DNA of 64,000 nucleotides. It comes from a candidate division TM6 bacterium GW2011_GWF2_28_16. GTDB taxonomy: Bacteria; Patescibacteriota; Microgenomatia; UBA1400; PJMF01. The stretch is taken from the NCBI GenBank assembly GCA_001029715.1, contig CP011212.1:131407-195406 (forward strand), in the 5' to 3' direction. A model generated the notes under the pieces. The model saw only the letters and a program-made list of their open reading frames with translations. It was not told the DNA's origin and made no database searches. Shown in pieces: positions 29,760 through 38,665 of this stretch. A program made the translations under genes and the position numbers. Numbering within the stretch: the first letter of the stretch is position 1; each line of letters opens with the position of its first letter.

Positions 29760-30816
29760 TGTTTCCAATCTGAATTTTTCTTTGACCATTTTCTTCACTA
29801 AAATCTAAAGTTACAAGCTTCTTTTTATCTAAGTCGAGCCATTTTTCGATTTGCTCAAACCATTCAATGACTATGACGTTATTTTCTTTGACCAGTTTTT
29901 CAATTTCTAAGAGCGCGACTTCTTCCTTCGAATCTATTTTCCAGGCATCAACGTGATAAAAAACACCTTTACTTTGCAATCTTTGATAATCGTATTCATT
30001 AATATAAGAGTAAGTTGGTGAATTGATGACTTCCTTAATACCAAGGAATTTCCCGACTCCTTTGGCAAAAATAGTTTTACCCATGCCCAGTGGACCATTA
30101 AGCGCAAAAACCAAGCCATTTTTTTCTAATTGGTTAAGATGATTGAGCATTAGGCGACCAGCCAACTCAATAGTTTCTTGTTCAGAATCGCTGTACAAAA
30201 TTTCGCCATTTTTTTGATGCAAAGAACCGCGCAAAGCAATTGGAGTAGAAAGAGTGGTGTCGATGACGATCGAAGGTTCATTTCTTGGCAATTCGCCGGC
30301 ATCAATCACCAGATCAATGAGGCTTTTTTGTTGCTTTGATAAATTGTCCAGAATGTCAGCAATTTTGTATGGTCTCTTTTTACCAGAAGCATTGGCGGAG
30401 GTACTGGTAATGGCTTGACCAAAATTTTTGATAATGTCAATAATCATGGGGTAATCAGGAATGCGAATCCCTAAGGTGCCGAATTCAGAATTAACTCGAG
30501 AGTCAACGATATTTTTGCTTTTGGAAATGACGGTAAAAGGTCCAGGTAAAAAGTTTTTATAGAATTTCAAAGCTTGTTCATTGATTTTAACGTATTTTTC
30601 AGCCATTTCTTGATCAGCAACAGCAATGGAGAGCGGTTTTCCTTGGCGGCGGCCTTTATATTTAAGCAATTTATCAATAGCTTTGGTACTAGAAGCACTA
30701 GCCCCAATTCCATAAACGGTTTCAGTTGGATAAATTAGCAAACCATCATTTTTGAGACATTTTTTTGCCTCGTCAACGACTGCTGCTCGATTAGAATTGA
30801 GCTTTAATATTTTCAT
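29752..30816 (-). CDS. tsaC: TsaC (YrdC/Sua5 domain)-TsaE fusion protein
   Basis: N-half PTETVYG, KGRRQGKPL, PGPFT, STSAN; C-half GPLGMGKT, SPTY, YHVDAW, VIEW. Confidence 0.92.
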   Translation of the reverse strand: MKILKLNSNRAAVVDEAKKCLKNDGLLIYPTETVYGIGASASSTKAIDKLLKYKGRRQGKPLSIAVADQEMAEKYVKINEQALKFYKNFLPGPFTVISKSKNIVDSRVNSEFGTLGIRIPDYPMIIDIIKNFGQAITSTSANASGKKRPYKIADILDNLSKQQKSLIDLVIDAGELPRNEPSIVIDTTLSTPIALRGSLHQKNGEILYSDSEQETIELAGRLMLNHLNQLEKNGLVFALNGPLGMGKTIFAKGVGKFLGIKEVINSPTYSYINEYDYQRLQSKGVFYHVDAWKIDSKEEVALLEIEKLVKENNVIVIEWFEQIEKWLDLDKKKLVTLDFSEENGQRKIQIGNNA

Positions 30817-30848
30817 GTTATTCTGTAAGATAGTAGCCCAATATTATA

Positions 30849-31217
30849 ATGCCAAAAAACAATAATCGTCAGCATATTTTTGATGTACTCGATTCACCAA
30901 GTCCAGTTTTAGTTGAGGATCAAAATGACCTCAAGTTCAGTCTTTACTTACGTTCAAGAGAAGTTAGCCAAATTGTGCTTTATTTGGAAAAAATCATGCT
31001 CAAGAAAAAAAGTGAACGTGAGCTTTTTGCTAGCGAGAACAAAGCATTTATTGATTCTTTAATGAAGGCTTTCGTTGAAGATTCTAACCTTACTTTAGAA
31101 GGCATGCAAATGGATCAAGAATCAGCTCAGCTTTCAATGCAATTGGCGACCGATCTACGCAAGTCTGTTTCTTTAATTAACGCTTTATTTCATGGAGTTG
31201 AAGGTTTGATAAGTTGA
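30849..31217 (+). CDS. Hypothetical helical protein
   Basis: 122-aa ORF with host-like codon usage, divergent from tsaC-tsaE; no recognised motif. Confidence 0.65.
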   Translation: MPKNNNRQHIFDVLDSPSPVLVEDQNDLKFSLYLRSREVSQIVLYLEKIMLKKKSERELFASENKAFIDSLMKAFVEDSNLTLEGMQMDQESAQLSMQLATDLRKSVSLINALFHGVEGLIS

Positions 31218-31220
31218 TAA

Positions 31221-31247
31221 TTAGCAGTTCAATAACAGTATTGCTAA
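31221..31247 (+). promoter_or_regulatory. CIRCE-like HrcA operator upstream of groES
   Basis: TTAGCAGTT-N9-TATTGCTAA. Confidence 0.8.
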
Positions 31248-31319
31248 AAAAATATTTTTGTGTTAAATTTTCGCTTAAAGACTTATTACTAAATTATTTT
31301 CAAAAGAAGGGTTTTTGTC

Positions 31320-33355
<2,036 letters not shown>

Positions 33356-33364
33356 TTCAAAAGC

Positions 33365-33514
33365 AATTCTTGATTCAAGACACGTTTACTAAAAGTCTTG
33401 CTACATTGAAGTTACAATCTTTTTAAACTCAGAGAAGTCGCTGTATTTACTTTGTTCTTAGAACAAAAAACAATCAGCGACTTCTAATGGTCTTTCATCA
33501 AGAATTATCTTTTT
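33365..33514. ncRNA. Structured element A (multi-stem; homologous to 36703-36868)
   Basis: AATTCTTGAT/ATCAAGAATT closing stem, inner AGAAGTCGCTG/CAGCGACTTCT stem, T-run after; strand uncertain. Confidence 0.55.
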
Positions 33515-33529
33515 CACTTGGAAAAAAAG

Positions 33530-33603
33530 TAGCGGGACTGAGATTCGGACTCAGGACCTTGGGTTTATGAATCCCACGCTCTAACCAGCTGAGCTATCCC
33601 GCC
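33530..33603 (-). tRNA. tRNA-Met(CAT), probably elongator
   Basis: GGCGGGATAGCTCAGCTGGTTAGAGCG-TGGGA-TTCATAA-ACCCA...TCCCGCTA; position 1:72 paired. Confidence 0.9.
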
Positions 33604-33683
33604 ATTTTATTTGAGACTGGTGTATTTTAGCGCAGCTTGCTTGATAATACCAGATTCTTTTGTTACAATAACTGCCTAACATA

Positions 33684-33752
33684 CGCGGGATAGTGTACGG
33701 TGCACGTGGGGCTCATAATCCCACAGGCTAGGTTCGACTCCTAGTTCCGCAA
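33684..33752 (+). tRNA. Initiator tRNA-fMet(CAT), compact
   Basis: CGCGGGA/TTCCGCA-A with C1xA72 mismatch, GGG in anticodon stem, CAT anticodon, TTCGAC T-loop. Confidence 0.88.
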
Positions 33753-33884
33753 ATTAAATAAAGAAAACGACCTTGAGTCGTTTTTTTTATTTAATTTTGC
33801 ATCAACTATGAATTGTTGACTCTGACCGAGTTTATAACGAGGGAATGTCCGGAGTGGAGACGGAGGACCTAGTTCCGCAAATTA
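33740..33884 (+). repeat. 17-bp direct repeat of the tRNA-fMet 3' end (att-like)
   Basis: CCTAGTTCCGCAAATTA at 33740-33756 and 33868-33884, each followed by a hairpin-T terminator. Confidence 0.85.
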
Positions 33885-33957
33885 CAAAAATAAGTCTGGC
33901 ATTTGCCAGATTTTTTGTTTATGTTTACAATGATAACTAAATTAACAAAAAGGAAAA

Positions 33958-34164
33958 ATGAGTGAACAACCTAAATCAGCAGAACAAGAGAGTCAAGAAA
34001 AAAAAGATGAGGCTTTAAGTGATGTTCCCGATTACGTTCCTGCTGAGCGAGGGACACTTAGTTTAGGATCTTTTACTGAGTCTTTGAGAAAAGCATTAAT
34101 TAGTAGTGCGAGTTCAGAAAGTTCTGAATCTCCCTCAAAAACAGATTTGCCTGATTCCAAATAA
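33958..34164 (+). CDS. Small acidic/Ser-rich hypothetical protein
   Basis: AAGGA SD, 68 aa, low complexity. Confidence 0.55.
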   Translation: MSEQPKSAEQESQEKKDEALSDVPDYVPAERGTLSLGSFTESLRKALISSASSESSESPSKTDLPDSK

Positions 34165-34182
34165 TGTTTATATAATGGACTA

Positions 34183-35364
34183 ATGGAAGATAATAAAGAC
34201 CAGGTTAAATACGCTAACTTCAAATACGAAGGTGACAAGCCAATTCTTCCCCTAGAGAATCATTCTCTAAAAAAAGAGCAACAATTAGGTTACGGAGCTG
34301 TTTCTTCTGTTTATGAATTAAATAATGATAAAGTTTTAAAATTAACTAGCAGCGTGGTCGACATATCTTCTGGAAAAGTAATAGCTTCAGGTATGACTCC
34401 GCCTTTAGTTGAAAATAATCTTCACGAAGACGCGAATACTTCTAGAGAAAAAGCAATTGCTAAATTGATGGATTATGCCAAAGAAAAAAAGCAAACTTAC
34501 GATTTATTAAAAAAATATTTAGGGGCTCATGTTACTAATGTTGATGTTTTCGCGATAGTTGATGCTCCACTTAGAGAAATATATAAATTACGCTACTCGT
34601 TTAAAAATGACATCGATGTATTGAACATTCCGGTTTCCGAATTATCAGTCATGGAAGTAGGAGATAAAATTGATAAACAAAACGAATTGTTTAATACGGA
34701 TTTTGATTTTCTAAAAGAGTTGTATAGCAATTCTTCTTTTCAAGAAAGAGCGACTGATTTTTCCAAAAAAGCCTTAGAACTTTTTCAAAAAGAACGAGTA
34801 ATGTTGGACATTTCTGGCCAGGATCGTATTTTTGTTGTTGATAAAAATAATTCAGGTAGATACGACTACGCTGCTAATGTAGATGAACTTTTATCATTAA
34901 TGAATAGTGATGATAAATTACCTCTTTTCAATAATTTAGCTTTTCACAATCAAGAATTACAAATTTTTGACTCTTTTCCTATATATGAAGTTCCCCTAGA
35001 AATTTCTGATGCAGATGTCGCTGAGGCTATAGAAGTTGTTGAGTCGAAAGATCCAGAAAAAATTAAAGAATTTTTTAATAAACCTCTAGAAAAATTTAAA
35101 ATGATTAGCGATGAATTTATTGACGATTTTATTAAAATGGTAAGGAGTAATGACAAAGCTGAGGCTTCTAAGCTATTTAAATATATTTATCCAGACAAAA
35201 ATGAATCAGAAATACAAATTTTGATAGAGTCTGGCATAGAAGAATGCGACCAAAATTATACAGATGATGAGATGAGATCTAATTTTGTTCAGATGAGGGC
35301 AGGTCAAAAATTTGAAGTATTGAAATACGCTTATCAGCTAAATTTTCTTTCAGAGAAACATTAA
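34183..35364 (+). CDS. Orphan protein with protein-kinase-like N-lobe
   Basis: LGYGAVSSVYELNNDKVLKL (Gly-loop plus Lys), later MLDI, FNNL, IFDS; A-rich codon usage. Confidence 0.5.
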   Translation: MEDNKDQVKYANFKYEGDKPILPLENHSLKKEQQLGYGAVSSVYELNNDKVLKLTSSVVDISSGKVIASGMTPPLVENNLHEDANTSREKAIAKLMDYAKEKKQTYDLLKKYLGAHVTNVDVFAIVDAPLREIYKLRYSFKNDIDVLNIPVSELSVMEVGDKIDKQNELFNTDFDFLKELYSNSSFQERATDFSKKALELFQKERVMLDISGQDRIFVVDKNNSGRYDYAANVDELLSLMNSDDKLPLFNNLAFHNQELQIFDSFPIYEVPLEISDADVAEAIEVVESKDPEKIKEFFNKPLEKFKMISDEFIDDFIKMVRSNDKAEASKLFKYIYPDKNESEIQILIESGIEECDQNYTDDEMRSNFVQMRAGQKFEVLKYAYQLNFLSEKH

Positions 35365-35727
35365 CTTTTTCCATTCTTCTAGAGGTCCATTTTTCTCAAG
35401 TGTCATCTCGTTATTAATTTCCTCATTAAGCTCTTCTTTTTCAGGAATCTGTAAAATAATTTCACCTTCTTTTTTTTGCAAAAGTTCATTGCGCATAATT
35501 TTTTCTGTAGCTAATTCGTCCTGACTATCAGCAAACTTTTTTTCTTCCTCTTTGAATTCGTTTTCCATTATTTCAATATTTTTTTCCAATTTTTGAATAC
35601 TTTCTTTGGAGACCAAGGCTTTGCGACTACTCTCGCGCAAAGAAAAGATGCCTAATAAGCAAAGACAGGTAAAAATGAAGATTAGCAGGGGGTGACCGAA
35701 GAGATTTTGGATTTTTTCTTTATTCAT
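35350..35727 (-). CDS. Septum formation initiator (FtsB/DivIC family)
   Basis: TM, coiled coil, EKIMRNELLQKKEGEIIL motif. Confidence 0.75.
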   Translation of the reverse strand: MNKEKIQNLFGHPLLIFIFTCLCLLGIFSLRESSRKALVSKESIQKLEKNIEIMENEFKEEEKKFADSQDELATEKIMRNELLQKKEGEIILQIPEKEELNEEINNEMTLEKNGPLEEWKKLMFL

Positions 35728-35839
35728 TTTGATGTCTTTATATGTTCTCAGGACTTGTTTATAAACCGAGTTTATGATATTATAAGACCCTATTATTCGA
35801 TAAATAAAAACTTATCTGTCCAAATAGGTTTAAATAATT

Positions 35840-36706
35840 ATGCACACAAACTTACTTGACGCGCAAGCAAAGTTTACAGAGAGCTTAAAAGCCGCAGGCA
35901 AAGCTCATGCTACTGTAATTGCTTACAGCAAGGACATCGAACAACTAGCTGATTTTCTTAGTAAGAGATCTAAAAATCTCCTTGCTGAGGTAGTGGCAGA
36001 AGACCTAGAGTCTTTCAAAGAGTTGCTTAGAAAACAACGTTACACCAGTAAATCTATCTCCAGAAAAATTAATTCTATTAAATCTTTCTTTCGTTTTTGC
36101 GTGAGTGAAGGTTTACTAGAGGGCAATCCAACTGAAGACATTACTCAGCCAAAATTTGATCAAACTCCTCCACGTATTCTATCCCGTTTAGAGTATCGCG
36201 CTTTGCGTGATTCTTGTCGCGCTGACATCAGAATGCACGCTATTGTCGAAATTTTACTTCAAACTGGTATGAGAATTAGTGAGCTAGCTGCTTTGCAACA
36301 AAGCGATATTGATCTTGAGAGAGAATTGATTTATATTCAAGCTCAAAATTCTCGTGAAGCTCGCCGTATTCCTTTGAATGCTGCCGCTAAAAAAGCAGTT
36401 TTGGATTATTTCAAAATGCGTCCTCGTGCCAAAGAAAAGACTTTGTTTTTGACTAAAACCTGTCGTCCTTTTTTGGTCAGAAATATTCGCACTGCTATTG
36501 ATCGTTATTTCCGTTTAGCTGGTATTAAAGATGCCAAAGTTAATGATCTTCGTCATACCTTTGTAGTTGAACAGCTTAAGGCTGGCACTCCTTTGGTTTA
36601 TGTTTCTCAATTGGTTGGTCACAAACGCATTACCACCACTGAAAAATATTTACATTTAATTGAAGCTCCAGAAATGCAGCCAAATATTAAAATCGAAGAA
36701 TTGTAA
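35840..36706 (+). CDS. XerC/XerD-like tyrosine recombinase
   Basis: SAM-like N-domain (T...Y..D...L, SISRKINSIKSFF), TGMRISE, DLRHTF, LVGHKRITTTEKY. Confidence 0.92.
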   Translation: MHTNLLDAQAKFTESLKAAGKAHATVIAYSKDIEQLADFLSKRSKNLLAEVVAEDLESFKELLRKQRYTSKSISRKINSIKSFFRFCVSEGLLEGNPTEDITQPKFDQTPPRILSRLEYRALRDSCRADIRMHAIVEILLQTGMRISELAALQQSDIDLERELIYIQAQNSREARRIPLNAAAKKAVLDYFKMRPRAKEKTLFLTKTCRPFLVRNIRTAIDRYFRLAGIKDAKVNDLRHTFVVEQLKAGTPLVYVSQLVGHKRITTTEKYLHLIEAPEMQPNIKIEEL

Positions 36707-36868
36707 TTCTAGATTATCTTATTTAGCCAAGCTCCACTAAAATTGTTTATTTTTTAATATAGACAATCTTTGTTTCGCTCAGAGAAGTCGCTGTTTATTA
36801 GCAGTTAGCTAATTTGTGCATGTTGATCAGCTCCTTCTATGGGCTAAAGTAAGATAATCTAGAATTAC
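36703..36868. ncRNA. Structured element B (homologous to element A)
   Basis: 19-bp perfect plus 7-bp closing stem, shares CTCAGAGAAGTCGCTGT, ACAATCTTT and ACTAAAA with element A. Confidence 0.6.
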
Positions 36869-36946
36869 TTTTTAAAGAATGGTTTTTCATTTCTTCTTGA
36901 GCCATTCTCGTGCTAAGATATTTTCTATAAGAAGTAGAGGAAATAT

Positions 36947-38071
36947 ATGGCAAAAATTAATCTAGCTCTAATTTGTGGTGGTAAATCTGCAGAACACGAA
37001 GTGTCTCTGATTTCGGCTAAAAACGTGATCGTTGCTCTAGATTTTAATAAATATAATCTTTTTCTTTTTGCGGTGACTAAAGACGGAGCTTTTCGTTTTT
37101 ATGCTGATAAGCAGAATTTTTTAGACAATCAAGATAATCCAGACATAGTTTCCCTCAAGGAAAGTGGTTTTTCTGAAGTTGCTTGGCTTAGTGCTGATCA
37201 GCGTGGGCAAGCGATGTTGCTTGGCGATAAAGAGCAATTTTTACAATTAGATGTGGTTTTTCCAATTATGCACGGTTCCTTTGCTGAAGATGGCAAAATG
37301 CAGGGCTTTTTGGAAATGTTGGATTTGCCTTATGTTGGCCCAGATGTTTTAGCTTCGGCAATTTCTATGGACAAGGAAATTACTAAAAAATTATCTGTAG
37401 CAGCAGGTGTCAAAATTTCTAGATATTTATCTTTTGATACTAACACTAAAGAAAAAATCAATTTTCAAGAAATCAAATCAGCTCTATCTATGCCTGTTTT
37501 TATCAAGCCAGCTAATGCCGGCTCTTCTGTGGGAATTAGTAAAGCTGATGATGAAAAATCTTTTATGGTTGCTATCGATCAGGCTTTCCATTTTGATCAT
37601 AAAATTTTAATTGAAGAAGCAATTGTTGGCAGAGAGTTGGAGTGCTCCGTTTTAGGAAACAGAGAAAAATTAATTGCTGGTGAAGTGGGTGAAATTATTC
37701 CAAGCGCTAAGCATGGCTTTTATTCTTATGAGGCAAAATATCTTGATGAATCAGGCGCAGCTCTACTTATTCCAGCTCCGCTCGCACCAGCCAAGAAAAA
37801 AGAAATCCAAGAATTATCTAAGAAAATTTTTGCAGCTTGCCAATGTGAAGGCATGGCGAGAGTAGATTTTTTCATGACAAAAAATGGTGAAGTTGTTTTT
37901 AATGAAATCAACACCATTCCTGGATTTACCAAGATTAGTATGTATCCTAAATTAATGATGAGTGAAACAGGTATGACTTATGGAGAATTAATTGATGAGT
38001 TGATTAATTTAGCTATAAAGCGCTACTCAAGAAATTCTAAGATTTTGTTTGTGAAAAAAATGGTAAAGTGA
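36947..38071 (+). CDS. ddl: D-alanine-D-alanine ligase
   Basis: GGKSAEHEVS, HGSFAEDGKMQG, KPANAGSSVG, YEAKY, NEINTIPGFT. Confidence 0.97.
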   Translation: MAKINLALICGGKSAEHEVSLISAKNVIVALDFNKYNLFLFAVTKDGAFRFYADKQNFLDNQDNPDIVSLKESGFSEVAWLSADQRGQAMLLGDKEQFLQLDVVFPIMHGSFAEDGKMQGFLEMLDLPYVGPDVLASAISMDKEITKKLSVAAGVKISRYLSFDTNTKEKINFQEIKSALSMPVFIKPANAGSSVGISKADDEKSFMVAIDQAFHFDHKILIEEAIVGRELECSVLGNREKLIAGEVGEIIPSAKHGFYSYEAKYLDESGAALLIPAPLAPAKKKEIQELSKKIFAACQCEGMARVDFFMTKNGEVVFNEINTIPGFTKISMYPKLMMSETGMTYGELIDELINLAIKRYSRNSKILFVKKMVK

Positions 38072-38292
38072 GCTTTTTCTGATATAAAATAAAGCTTCCT
38101 TAAGCTATGCACAGCATCTTTTGCACCAGCTACTTTTTGTGTTGCAAAAAGGCAGGGTTCAAAATATCTTTTAAACATTTTAGTCTTTTTCTTTTTCCTC
38201 AAGTAGATTAAACTACTATCGTCATCAGAAAAGACCAAAATGTGTTAAAATCTATACTTAATTAATCAATTATTTTATATCAGAAAAAGCTC
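38070..38292. other. Structured element C bounded by a perfect 23-bp inverted repeat (ncRNA, MITE or invertible segment)
   Basis: GAGCTTTTTCTGATATAAAATAA (38070-38092) / TTATTTTATATCAGAAAAAGCTC (38270-38292), two internal hairpins. Confidence 0.65.
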
Positions 38293-38303
38293 GAAGACCT
38301 CCT

Positions 38304-38639
38304 ATGGCAGAAACTATTCAATTCAATGATTTCCTCAAGGTAGAAATGCGCGTCGGTCGCGTTATTGAAGTTATAGTCCCAGAGTGGAGCGAAAAACTTC
38401 TGCAATTCAAAGTTGATCTTGGCTCGGAAGTAGGTGAAAAGATAATTTTATCTGGAGTCAAGAAATGGTACAGCGAAGCTGACTTTTTGAATAAGAAATT
38501 TCCATTTGTCGTTAATTTAGCTGAGCGCAAAATGGGTCCAGCTGTTAGTCAAGGAATGATGATGATGGTCGATAATCAAGAAAAACCGATACTAATTGTT
38601 TTAGATGATCAGGCAGAGCTCGGCGCAGTCTTGTGCTAA
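38304..38639 (+). CDS. tRNA-binding OB-fold protein (Trbp111/CsaA/MetRS C-terminal family)
   Basis: IQFNDFLKVEMRVG, KLLQFKVDLG, NLAERKMG..SQGM. Confidence 0.9.
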   Translation: MAETIQFNDFLKVEMRVGRVIEVIVPEWSEKLLQFKVDLGSEVGEKIILSGVKKWYSEADFLNKKFPFVVNLAERKMGPAVSQGMMMMVDNQEKPILIVLDDQAELGAVLC

Positions 38640-38665
38640 ACTAGCCACAAATAGAAAGTAAACAT

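Noticed and set aside
35840-36706. Tyrosine recombinase as a prophage or integron integrase
   Set aside because: Flanked by housekeeping genes (ftsB-like, ddl), host-like codon usage, XerC/D size, no integron-specific insertion, no phage genes and no canonical attC RYYYAAC/GTTRRRY ends
36947-38071. Van-type D-Ala-D-Lac ligase
   Set aside because: Omega loop YSYEAKY is the D-Ala-D-Ala type and no vanH/vanX are nearby
38180-38235. Minus-strand CTGATGA...GAAA resembling a hammerhead ribozyme core
   Set aside because: No room for stem III or the UH cleavage site, and stem II pairs poorly
38023-38238. 71-aa minus-strand ORF
   Set aside because: Overlaps the ddl end and the structured element; no plausible start signals or protein features
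33365-38292. Repeated hairpin elements as CRISPR repeats or tracrRNA
   Set aside because: No regularly spaced repeat-spacer array and no cas genes in the window
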